This document shows positions 1-11,646 of a DNA stretch of 64,000 nucleotides, in pieces (position 1 is the first letter of the stretch; each line of letters starts with the position of its first letter). The notes beneath the pieces were generated by a model, which was given only the letters and a program-made list of their open reading frames with translations, made no database searches and had not been told where the DNA came from. Source of the stretch: Chiloscyllium plagiosum (Eukaryota); assembly GCF_004010195.1 (NCBI RefSeq), contig NC_057718.1, forward strand, positions 39,538,635 to 39,602,634, given 5' to 3'. The position numbers and the translations under genes were made by a program.

Positions 1-1780
1 ACAAATTTATGGGGCAGTTCTCATTTTATTATTTTGGGGAATAAAGTGTGTGCAATTTAGACCTGGGGAAACCAGAACAAATGTTTCAAAAATTAGACAA
101 AAAGTAAATAGTTTCTGTGTCCTTTACAGATGGGAAAAATCAATAGCCCAATAGCTATTTCAATTGAATATGGATTCTCTCTTTCTGGGGTATCTTTTTA
201 CACACAGTTAATAATTGGACAAGCACTGTGTGGAAATCAGTGTGTATCAGGCTTGAAGTGGAAGATTTTATTTTGCTACAAATGTAGGTTCTAGTGTGCC
301 TGAGATTATAGAGGGGACGTGTTTTTCAAACCTTTGAGAAAGGGACTTGGAAATTTTACAGAAATTTAGAAAAATGTTTTTATAGGGAGTATGTAAAATA
401 AACGTCTTGTTGGAAACCAATATAATATGTTGAAAGAGTAAACCTAGTCTGTCTTAAGTCATTGTTTTGTAGTGCTAGTAGTAGTACACATTACCAAACT
501 TAAAATAGATTACTGAAAACATTTGACCAAATAACAAAGTAAAAAGATTAGGAATTACATCATTTACCTGACAAATTGCTTAGAAATACTGGTAAGTATT
601 ATCAAGCAACTTGACTTTTAGATTAAATTCTTTTTTGCAATAAAATATTCATCTGCAGAATTTGCAAATTGACAGATGACCAGTGGGAGAATTATAAGAA
701 AGGTCAAAGATGTTTACAGTATTAAGGTGTAAGTCAACCCTGCTGCTGTAAGGTGTAAATCTTGACCTGATTGTGATGCCAATAGTACTCCACTTTCTAA
801 GAGCAGGCATTTGAAAAAAAATTTATAAGATCGTGATAGCAAATGATGAGACAGCCAACATTTTCATCTCGGACCATTTATCCATAAAGCTTCTAAAATT
901 CCCTCTTTGTAACATTGAGTTAGATCTTTAAGAAATCTATTCTGGGGTATTGATCACTATTTAATGTTAAGACGTACTTAACCAATATTAGTTCTGGATT
1001 TGCATTACAGTAGTAATCGGCAACTCCTTATCCATAAATAATTTTTGCAAATATACCATTATCCATACTGTTTATAATCTTGTACATTTCTACAGTAGAC
1101 CTCCCAGGCATGTCATGGCAGGATCAAAAAATCTTAGTCTAAGAAACACCTGCAAGTCTGGGGAACAGGTTTAAGGCTTTTGTTCTGCATAAGTCCATTG
1201 GATGAATGTTTCCCTTGTGTTTCATTGACCAGAACTTGGCAAGGTCACCAGGCACGTTTTAGACTGACCAGAGTATAGTATATTTTTATCATGACTCATA
1301 CTGATTTAGCATACTGATTGCTATACCTATGACATTTTGAGTTCTAAATCTATTAACACTTCCAAATCTTTTTTCAATTAAAAGACTGTTCATGGCAGTC
1401 ATATGTTGTCCAGTTTCCTTTGTGTTTACATTTGTCTCTTTCAGACTTCATCTGCCATTTCCTTACCTACTTTTAAATTTCGTCCATTTAATTCTGTAAT
1501 TGTTGATCTGCTTCATAAGATTTTACTGGCTTCCCTGTCATGTCTAATTTTAATTTGCATTGAGTTTCTGAGTTCAAGTAATTAATATAAATTAGAGATT
1601 GTGTTTGTCTCATCATCGATTCCTGAGGCACCATACTCAATGCTCTCCCCACATCAACCAAAGATCACATTTTTACTAACTACCTCATAATTTGTAACCT
1701 CAAGCTAAGAATTTAATTATGTTAACATCTATCCTGAATTAGTTTTGAGCTTGATACTTAGCTTAATTTTGTCAGATACC

Positions 1781-1984
1781 GAAAATGTGTTGCTGGAAAA
1801 GCGCAGCAGGTCAGGCAGCATCCAAGGAGCAGGAGAATCGACGTTTTTGGGCATGAGCCCTTCTTTCAGGCTCATGCCCGAAACGTCGCTTCTCCTGCTC
1901 CTTGGATGCTGCCTGATCTGCTGCGCTTTTCCAGCAACACATTTTCAGCTCTGATCTCCAGCATCTGCAGTCTTCACTTTCTTC
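1781..1984. mobile_element. Palindromic PLE-derived non-autonomous element (family A), degenerate hammerhead core
   Basis: Inverted arms spanning 1781-1946 plus a 38-nt unpaired tail; perfect 14-bp TSD ttttgtcagatacc (1767-1780 / 1985-1998). Confidence 0.85.
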
Positions 1985-2174
1985 TTTTGTCAGATACCAT
2001 CTAGAAATAATACACTTTAGGGATTCTCATAGTTGACCAGAAATGCTACTTTCTCAAAGATATCATTGACATTGGTCAGGCAGTGGTCTTGCCCTTCTGA
2101 ATCTATGTTCACTGCTGTTAATGAAATTATTATGACACAGATAATCTTTAAGTTTGTAGACATAATTGACATTT

Positions 2175-2227
2175 TTTTTGGTATATTTGGTATATTTTTG
2201 GTATATTTGGTATATTTCATTGGTATA
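2175..2227. repeat. Short tandem repeat (TTGGTATAT)n
   Basis: About five imperfect copies of ttggtatat. Confidence 0.8.
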
Positions 2228-2379
2228 AAAGTAATTCTGATGTGGTTGTCCTTAATTATTTTGATGCACCTTTTGAATATGGGAACAATATTGACAAGTT
2301 CCTAATCTTCTGGTCTCTCCAAGCATTCAGTGAAACCTTCATAATGATTGTTAGTACCTTGGAGTTCTCCTCTCTACAA

Positions 2380-2690
2380 TGACAACAACTTAACTTGAGA
2401 AATTTTCAGTAACATAGTAAGACATTACAAGGCACTTCATAGGAATGATTATCAAATACAAACTTGTGCACTGTGCTAGAGGAGTATCAAGACAGGTGTG
2501 TAAAATCCTGGTTAAAGAAGCAGGTTTTGATGAGCATTTTAGGGGAGAAGAGGGGATTGGAAACAGAGTGCTGAGGGAAAGTTTTCCAGAACTGGGATTC
2601 TAGATAGTTGAAGGCACAGCCAAAGGTAAAGCAAAAAAAAAAAACTGGGGTTGTGCAAGTGGCCAGAAATCGAGAAGTACTGAAATATAG
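2380..2690 (-). mobile_element. Old L2-like LINE 3' end
   Basis: Reverse complement resembles the L2-type 3' tails at 42500-42915 and 58380-58840. Confidence 0.45.
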
Positions 2691-2919
2691 GGCTACTCTT
2701 TACAGACCTTTGCATTTAAGGGGTATTTGCTGTCCTCATGCCCACACTGATCTGTCTGCAATTTTGTGTAGGCTAGGGTTGCTACATGCCCCAGTGTCAA
2801 TTTTTGAGCATGACAAGAGGAGTTAATGGGTGGGGCAGAAATTTGATCATTTACCACCCTCTGGTTTTGGGCATGAAGTAGAAGAATAACCTACACTGCA
2901 CCTGTTTCAACTCTATGAA

Positions 2920-3070
2920 GTAGGTAACAGCCATTCACTGATTTATTTCTGAGGGTGATGTCCTGAACAATCAGTCAACCTGCCTGATTTGAAATTTAAA
3001 CAGTGTGGCAGTTAACTGCCAATCATATATTTTTGCTAATTACCCTGATGAGTGCAATACAAACATGTTT
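2920..3070 (+). mobile_element. Degenerate repeat terminus with hammerhead-like CTGATGA remnant (possibly PLE-related)
   Basis: ccctgatgagtgcaatac at ~3042-3060 after a repeat-like 3' region; GAAA half is eroded. Confidence 0.3.
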
Positions 3071-3399
3071 AACTGCAGCAAGAAACTAACAAAGAGTCAG
3101 CTCTGTTTTGTTTGAGCCTTTAACTATTTTTTGACCATTTTCTCCCTGATGTATAATATCCACTCCAATTTTTATATTAGTGGGAGTTATTTCTAAGTAA
3201 AATAGTATACTTAAAGTTAACTGTGAAGGGATAGTTAATGTTCCAGCAGGAATTTGCTAATTTCTTGTTTACCTGAATTGCTGTGACTGAAGCAATGTTA
3301 GCATTTATTGTGGCCTGATTGTATCAGTTAGTACAAATTGTATGAGACTGTTAAAGAGACTTGTCCTTTTCTTAGCAATTCAACTTTTGATCAAATGTC

Positions 3400-4950
3400 T
3401 CTTCTTTTAATACTTGCTGAGTACAGACCCTCTTGTGATAGTCAGGATATGTAAACCTGTACTGTATAAAGATAACCGATCTTGGTAGACAGCAATTAGT
3501 AGTCCTGGGTTTGGAAATAAGAGAGTAGACCTGGTTAGGTTTTGAAGATGATCTTGCCATGAAAGACTGTGGTCCAGATTTTCCTCCTGGACTCGTGAAA
3601 TATGAGTCAGCCCTTTTTGTTGCTTCCAAAAAGCACATCTGATACATGACTTTCTTCAGGACTTCTTTTTTTCATACAGTTTGCAGTTTCCATCTGCAGT
3701 TTTGGGAGAAGTGTGGATACCACAGTAGGCTAATTGGAACGCTCATCTTGGTTCTCTGGGACAACAGGGCAGAATCTTGTATCGTTCTTATGCAGCCAAA
3801 CCACCCCTTTACCCTGCTGCAACCTCCCAATATACCACTTGCATCCTCCATTGCCTCTCACCCAATATCCATGTAAAAACAGTCCCCGATCCACGTAAAA
3901 ACAGTGGATAGCTGGAGAAAGTAAGTTGTCTTTGAAAAAACGTTGGTTATTCCCATAAGTGCCGATTGAGTTGTGTGACTCAAACAATCATCAGTTTGAG
4001 TATCAATCAAATCATGACTATCTCATAATAATCTCTTCTAACTGTTATTCACATCCCTGAGCAGCTGTATCAACACTGTAGCCTAACATTTTTGGGGCTT
4101 GGTCAAGCATTCATAATGGCAAAAGCTATCAAAACAAACAGATGGTGTTTGTTCCATATCAAAAGAAGATTACCTGTCAATCAATGGCATGGAGCTGGTC
4201 GTTAGATTTTCTTAACGTTTAACAGCAGGGCAATTTTCTTCAAAGTACAAAAATGTTTGTACATTTAAGCTTCAGTCCAAAACATGAAGGTGGAGTTCAC
4301 CATCACATTCTCCTACGATTTTGAATGCATTATGGCATTTCATCCATGCGAAAGAGAAAAGTTCCTTAACACGTCCCAGCATTTTCGCAATGCTAATCCA
4401 TGTACTGGTTGATTTACCTGTACAGGACAGAGTCCTATGATCAGCTATTCATTTAAAACACATCTGCATTACATGACATCTAATAGTGACATTTGAAGGT
4501 GTTTAAACATCTAACACATTGCTGAAGAATCAGAAACATTCTGACAGCTATCTTTCTTGACTGGTCATGACCCCTCAAAGTATTTTTTAGCTTCCAGTGC
4601 ATGAAAAAATAGCAGAGAAGGAAATTGAATTTTTCATGGTCCACATGATGGCAACCCCTACCTCAGTAAGAGTTCATGTGTGTTTCCAATCCGTGCGAAG
4701 GTCAGATGAAAAGAAGGAAGAGGAATTTAGTTTTACAGTTTACACAAATTCAGTTTTCGGTTTCCCATCCTTATTGGTAGCCAGAACTCTAGTCATGGAA
4801 ATACTGACTTTGCCTATGGACAGGATTAGACTGAAATCCCTGTCCTGTAATAAAATACTGTGGTCCATATGAGGGATACGAGCTTTGGCAGAAGTACCAG
4901 AGACCAGTGATGCCCTTAGGAAGGAAAAGGAACCAGAGAACCTACTTGTC
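3400..4950 (-). mobile_element. Possible highly decayed LTR-retrotransposon pol fragment (RNase H/integrase)
   Basis: Minus-strand remnants such as EVGVAIMWTMKN (compare RNase H EALAIVW..KKF); many stops and frameshifts. Confidence 0.25.
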
Positions 4951-5226
4951 ACAAAAATTGCTATCCTTAGCTCTCCATTTTTGTTTTATTAATTTAACAA
5001 ACTTAAAGCGTCTCACTAAGTAAGTTGAAATTTTAATTGCGACGATTTATTCAGAGAAGCTAAGCACAATTTATTATGTAACTGAAAGGTATAAACACCT
5101 TTAAGATAATCCGTTGATCTTCAGGTAGAGTATCTTGATTTGTATTTCTGCAAATTAATCTGAGGCGGCAGATGACGTGACTGAATAACTAAATGAGTAC
5201 TTTTCATCTGTCTTTATGAACGACCT

Positions 5227-5428
5227 GGAAATGTGTTGCTGGAAAAGCGCAGCAGGTCAGGCAGCATCCAGGGAACAGGAGAATCGACGTTTCGGGCATA
5301 AGCCCTTCTTCAGGGCTTATGCCCGAAACGTCAATTCTCCTGTTCCCTGGATGCTGCCTGACCTGCTGCGCTTTTCCAGCAACACATTTCCAGCTCTGAT
5401 CTCCAGCATCTGCAGACCTCACTTTCTC
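5227..5428. mobile_element. Palindromic PLE-derived element (family A); intact hammerhead catalytic core on the minus strand
   Basis: Inverted arms plus 37-nt tail; TSD ctttatgaac(g/a)acct (5212-5226 / 5429-5443); minus strand reads CTGAAGA-AGGGC-TTAT-GCCC-GAAACGTC. Confidence 0.85.
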
Positions 5429-6623
5429 CTTTATGAACAACCTATAAGGTGTCTGAGTCCTACTCTAAGAGATGTTCATTGAGGTACTATATGAAAAATT
5501 GATAGACTGTATTAGAAAGTCTGGCTGTCCTTAAAAATTGGTAAGTTACCAGGACTGGATGTTATGCATTTGAGAATTCTAAGAGAATGGAGGGAATTAG
5601 AGGCAGTGGCCATATTCTTCCAATCCTCCTTAGATACAGGATGGCATAACAATGAATTCCCAATGAAATAGAGAAACACCAATTTTAAACCTTAATCAAA
5701 AAGATGCAAGGATAACTCCAATCTTTACAGACCCATCAGTTTAATCTTCGTGGTGGAAAGCTTTCAGAAATGATAATCTGGCACATATTAAAGTCACTTA
5801 GATAAATTTGGATTAATTAGTGCAAGCCAGGGAGATTTGTTAAAGGCAAGTTGTGGTTAACTAAGTTGATTAAATGTTTTGATGAAATAACTGAGATGAT
5901 TGTTAAGGGTAAGTGGCTGGCATGGTGCTTGTGGATCTTCAAATAACTCTTGATAAATTGTCACATAATAGATTTCTTAGCAGGATTGAAGCCTATGAAA
6001 TAAAAGGGAAAGTGACACCCAACCAACTTTTCATCCAGGCTGTCAGGAAACTGCGTATCATGGGGAATGGTTGTTCTTAGACTAAATGAAGGTATCCATT
6101 GGGGTTCCTGAAGCATTCATTATAAGACCACTATTTTTCATGATATATACTAATGACTGAGTTTTGCGTGTTTAGGGCACAATTTCAAAATTTGGAAATT
6201 TTGCGAGCTGTTGGATGACTGTGATAAATCTCACGAGTACTTAGGCTGCTGGAATGGGCAGATCTGGCGTAGAATTGTGAAGTGGTACGTTTTTGATAGG
6301 AAGAATGAAGAAAAGCAATTGAAAATAAGGGAGGCAAATCCAAACATGAAACAAAAACAGACAGGTTTATTTTATTGTGCATAAATTGGATGGCAAGGCA
6401 GGTTGAGGAAGTGTTTAAAATGCATGCTGGATTATGGTCTTTATAAACAGAATCATAAAGAACAAAAACAAGGACAGTATGATAAAATCTTATAGAATTC
6501 CAGATTTACCTTAGTTGAACTACTGTGTCTAATTCTGGCAGCCATGGTATTAGAAGGATGTGAAGGTTTTAGAGAGGGTGCAGAAAAGAGTTACAAAAAT
6601 GTAAAGGTTCCATAGATGAGGGA

Positions 6624-6863
6624 TAAAATAGAACTTGCTGAGAAGACATAACAGGTTTGGCAGCATCTGTGGAGAGAAAGCAGAGTTAATGTTTTGCATC
6701 CATGACCGTGTTTCAGAACTGTTCAGTTCAGTTCAGTTCAGTTCTGAAGGAGGGTCACTGGACTACTTCCCCTCCACAAATGCAACTCAAGCTGCTGAAT
6801 TTTCCTAGCAGCTTCTGTTTTAGTTTCTGATTTCCACAGTCTGCAGATCTTTGTGCTTTTTGC
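6624..6863. mobile_element. Palindromic PLE-derived element (family B) with (GTTCA)n at its centre
   Basis: Diverged inverted arms plus ~40-nt tail; TSD cca(t/g)agatgaggga (6610-6623 / 6864-6877); ctgaaggagggtcactggac hammerhead remnant. Confidence 0.7.
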
Positions 6864-9800
6864 CCAGAGATGAGGGACTTCAGTTCATTGGTAAATTAGA
6901 GGAACTAATTGTTTTCCTTTGGAGAAGAGATTTGATGAGTATTCAAAAATTATGAAATCTATGACAAGAATAGATAGATGATAATTGTTGCATTTGGTAG
7001 AAGGGTGAAGTGCCAGATTTAAGATGATTGTTAAAAGAGCTATCTGTGCCATGAGGAATAAGATTTTTACATACCAAGTGTTTAGAGTCTAGAAGGCACT
7101 CCCATGACAGTAGTGACAGAAGATGCAAACAATACTTTCAAAACAGAAATGCAGATAAACCTGAGCAGAAAATGTTTGCAAGGTTGTGGGGAAGGGCAAG
7201 AGAATAGAACAAGATAAGTTGTTTTGCACAGAGCTGGCACATGTAGATGAGCCAATGTTCTCCTACGCTGTAAGCTTTCTATGATTCTATATCACTGGAT
7301 TCTTTATTATGCAAAGCAGACAACAAGCACAATGGGTTCGCAATACAATTTCCAGTTGCCACTGCTGTAGGACAAACATTTAGTTGATTGGATCTTCCCA
7401 AAAATGGCATTATTTGTCAGATTGCCATGCTGCTTACAAATACTCCATTTCTGCAGGATCATCAGATATCAGCTATCAAAGATTTGCACTGTGCAATGTC
7501 CCTTGGAACTCCGTTGGGACTTGGAGGGATGGGGAGGAGACAGGACACATCTCTTTTAATGGCACTAGCTGCCATGTGGTAAGTTTAAAGGTACAGTTTA
7601 ACTGTTAAAGTGAATGGGTAGGTAAAATAGTACATCAGGAGTAGTCATGTTATTGTGTAATCAGATGTGTTGGTGGGGGGGTGCAGTCAGCTGATCATGA
7701 GTAGTCATGGAGTCAGGATGGGAGTGGGTCCGGGAAGCAATCACATTGGGTCCTGGTCAGGTATTCTGTGCGGTGGTGTCTGGGCTTAATCAGGTCCTCA
7801 AGTATGATTGAGGGAGTGTTCAATGATCAGGAAATAGTTTGGGCCATGGAGTGCATGGCTGCCTGAGGGATTGACCGGGGTCTCAAGTGTCATTACCAAA
7901 ATGTTATTCTAGATTTTAATCTGTCAAACATCTTCTGGCCAGCTACCCAGGTAGATACTGCAGAACTGTCCAAAGTCTCCACTTCATGGAGGGTCAGGGA
8001 AACAGAAAGCAGAGAGCTTAAACAACTTGGGAAATTTCCACATATATCCACACATCAAGATTTCCACAAATGCCCAAATGGCATCTTCAGTTTTGCATCT
8101 GAATTCCAACAATTCACAGACTGAAAGATGTCGCTCATTGTATTTGTGCTAAATTCGTTTGCATGCTCCTGAAATACAGCTGTAAGTAGTAAACCAAGTA
8201 CAAGTGTTCTAAGTATTTTGTATGAGAACTGGATTAGTCAAAAAATGCACAATATTGCTCTCACTAAAGAAATTTGATGCCAGAGGTAAATGCAATTCCC
8301 CTATTGATCAGACTTAGCTTGTCTCAATTATGATGTAAATAAGGTACAGAATATTAGGTGATTTGACTTAATAAATTATTACAAGCAGATTTCAGCAGCA
8401 TTTTTGTTGAGCATTGTGCATGCATTATTTACTGCTTAGAGCAAGTGCCAGTATTTTGTTAAGGTGTTATACAGTTTGGTTAAGGAAGGAAATGGGAAGT
8501 ACTCCAGAAGCTTGTTTGTGAGGTTTATTAGTATTTGTCTGTATGTTAGGTTCTTGCGTATTTTCATTAAATCATTTAAAAAAAAACCCACCTTGTAGGC
8601 TGTCTGTATTGATTTCTGTATCTTGACTGCTTGTTGTTGAGTTGAAAGGGGTGAATAAAAGAGGAGGGCATCAATTTCTGTCTTGGAAAATATTTTTATT
8701 TCTAACATTGTTCTGCCAGAATTGGGATGTGTAATCGAAAAGTTTATTTCAGGAGGCAAAAATCTCCGTTTCCAGCGGGAGTCTTTGATTAATAAGCTAC
8801 TATTTTTAAAGATACACTTTCTGGACAGATTCTCAACAATATTCCTATACTTGAATTATTATTCAAATTTAAGGATTTTTTCGAAACTGTCTTAAAAGCC
8901 TAGAATGAAGTGTATGGATACACCTGAAGATACATCAGATCATTAATAATTTAAACAAAGATTTTGATCATGTGCTTACTAATACAGATACATTTTGATT
9001 ATTAGTTCTGTTAAACTGGCAAGAGGCAGCCAGGCAGTCCGCTTCCAAAAATTAATATTTTCACTGAGATTCTTTTTAGTTTTGTTTTATCTATATTGTT
9101 AATCCTAAATTCTGTTTCAGATATCTTAGCTGATAGTATACCTTCCAGCATTTTCTATACTGTATTGGTTTCCAACAGTCACCCAGTGTGTATTTCAGAT
9201 TTCAACATTCACCCTAACACATGGCTGGGAAATGTCTTTTGACATTATGCAGTAAACCTCAACAAGTATTCACTACAATATTTTTATGAGTAATGCACTT
9301 TGCTGCCCAGGTACTGCCACTCAAGTCACCTACAACACAGACTACATTTTAAATATCAAACAGATATCAATGCTGAGTTGGGGGGTATCTTGGAATCAAC
9401 AATTGCAAACACATTTGTAGAGTACAAACATGTTGACTGTTGACTTATGATAGAATGGATTTTACATTGTTATTATGAAACAATTATTAATTTATTATCT
9501 AATTTTTATATAAATCGTTACATGAAAAATGTTGGTTTTACATTAGTGTGTGTAAATGAAACTTTTCTGGAAAAATGAGTTAATTGCCCATAATACACTA
9601 ATAGAGCAATACATTCCATTGGCAAGTTTTATTGACTTTTGATCATTCTGCAGTATATTTATCAAATCTCATGAAGTGCAAGTTTTATGTAATTTCAAAC
9701 AAATGAAATATGTTGATACCCATCTAGATAGTGACCAGCTTAAAAATTAATACACAAAGGAGGTACAATAGACCAAGCAAAATCTGGTATGTAACTATAG

Positions 9801-11588
9801 CATGCAAATATAAAACATTTCATTACTGAAAATTTGCAGAACCTATACAGGGAATTTGCCCTAACTAATTTATTCCAATGGTTATCCTACACATCAGTTT
9901 CCTCCCATTAAACCTCATCAATGTATATCAACTTATGCTTATGTTCCTTTCTCCTTTGTAACTACCAAGCTTTCACTTAAATACGTTGATGCTTTTATAT
10001 CAATTATTCTTTCTGGTAGCAAATCCCATTTTTAATAACTCTCTTCTGAATTCCTTATTGGATTTATAAATCACTTTTTCTTACAATATGGCAACTAAAA
10101 CGTTTGTTGAACTACATGATGAATAAATAAATTTGCAGGATGATGATTTTGGTGCAGAATTTTCTATGCTCTTTTTATTCTAAGTGAATGCATGTTCTTG
10201 TCTTGTTTTGAATGTTGCTGGGAACTTACCTTCATTGTATTTATTGATATGTCTATGGCTTTTTCTTCCACTGGTGTAAGGACTTTGTGAAACGCAGTGC
10301 CTTTAAGCCACTCCATATTTTATTTGATTGCTCATCCCCTACCTAAGCCGAGACACTGGCCATAAACTAGACATTTAAAATCACCCAGGAAAGTTATTTG
10401 ACAATGTCCTTCCTGTTTCAATGAGTAGCAAGTGAGAAGACACCTGCTGAAAATCAGTGGGGTCATGCTTTAAATTAACATAACAACCTGCAATGACCTA
10501 ATCATATCCAACATTGTATTTCACTTCATGGCCGAAGCAGGGAAGCAGTTGTGGCTATCCTGGCTGGGTGAATATGATGGGAAAGAGCTACAGTCAGAAA
10601 AAACTAAAACAGATAATTTTGCTTTAGCCTTATTTTAATTTCCTTATGGGGCAGGGGAGTAAAAATATCCCATGAAGAACAGTTAGGTATCCAGTATCCA
10701 AGACCCCTCAACCGTCACTCACAACACCATTGCCATAACATACCAGGTCCCAGAGACTGTTGAGTTTAGGATAATTCACTATTCAGCTCATCCTATCCCA
10801 TCTTGTTTCATTAAGATTCAAGACTTAAGTATCAAGTGTGGATACCTTCTCAATTCAACCCAGTTATTTTGACAACCAATAAGTCTTAATCTGTAGTAAT
10901 TGGGTCATAACTCTGCCTAATTTTTTTTTCTCACCTTTATTTCATTAATTCCAATCCCCAATCTCGTGTTTCCTTAACTGGAAACTTTGGCACAGCTATG
11001 GTTTTTGTGCTGGAATGAGTTGTCTTAGCAAACAGTGAAGATCAAACTTGTGACTGCTGTAGAGAACTGCAGAACGCCGGACTTTAATGCTATCCGAGTT
11101 CCTTGATTATTTTTCTTTTTTGAGGAAATAATTGATTTGAGATTTATTTAACAATACTGAAGTGTTCGTTGTACCAATATTAATAAAGAGCAGGTCATTG
11201 TTTGAAGAAAGTCTGTATTGTCTTTAAATGTAGATACTTTTCTTCAAACAGAACATTGGTGTCAAAATTGACTGGGCCAGTAAGAGATTGAATCTGTTTT
11301 GATGCCCTTGGGGAGAAAATGCCATGCTGTTGAATGCTTTTGAGCCTTTTTGTACATCTGAAGAAGGAATGTAGTGGTGTCCATTTCCTTCCTCGTTTTA
11401 TTCAATTTATTTGCTGATTCTAGATCTTGATTACCTTTATTAACAAGAAAATACACTCCAATTTTTCTGAATTTCTTGTGATCAACAGACTTTTGACAAA
11501 TAAGTAATTTCAGACATATTAAAGTTTGTTGGTTTGTGGAGGTTAATGCAAGACAATTGACTTTTATTTCCTCATGTTCCATTTGCAG

Positions 11589-11646
11589 ACCACTCAGAAA
11601 ATCAATGCACGCTGGACAACGGAGGAGCAGCTGCTTGCAGTACAAG
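11589..11646 (+). CDS. RCOR3: REST corepressor 3, internal coding exon (start of SANT2: TTQKINARWTTEEQLLAVQ-G)
   Basis: Polypyrimidine/ttgcag acceptor and AAG|gtgagc donor; 58 nt; translation matches the CoREST linker-SANT2 motif QKINARWTTEEQLLAVQG; phase 1 joins the next exon in frame. Confidence 0.93.

Larger units (their letters stand above)
5150..7290 (+). mobile_element. Old CR1 LINE (ORF2 RT remnant to 3' tail), host to two palindromic insertions
   Basis: Decayed CR1 motifs (YRPISL, GFVKGK-C-LT, ERVQKR) and ttctatgattctat tail at ~7277-7290. Confidence 0.8.

Noticed and set aside
3866..3908. Short direct repeat atcca(t/c)gtaaaaacagt x2
   Set aside because: Only two units; a simple slippage duplication, not an array or CRISPR
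5227..5391. Long hairpins as candidate miRNA genes or DNA-transposon MITEs
   Set aside because: Multi-copy with ~14-bp TSDs, an asymmetric tail and hammerhead cores; better explained as PLE derivatives
1..11588. Further upstream RCOR3 exons
   Set aside because: No segment translating to the expected linker sequence was recognised; they probably lie before the window
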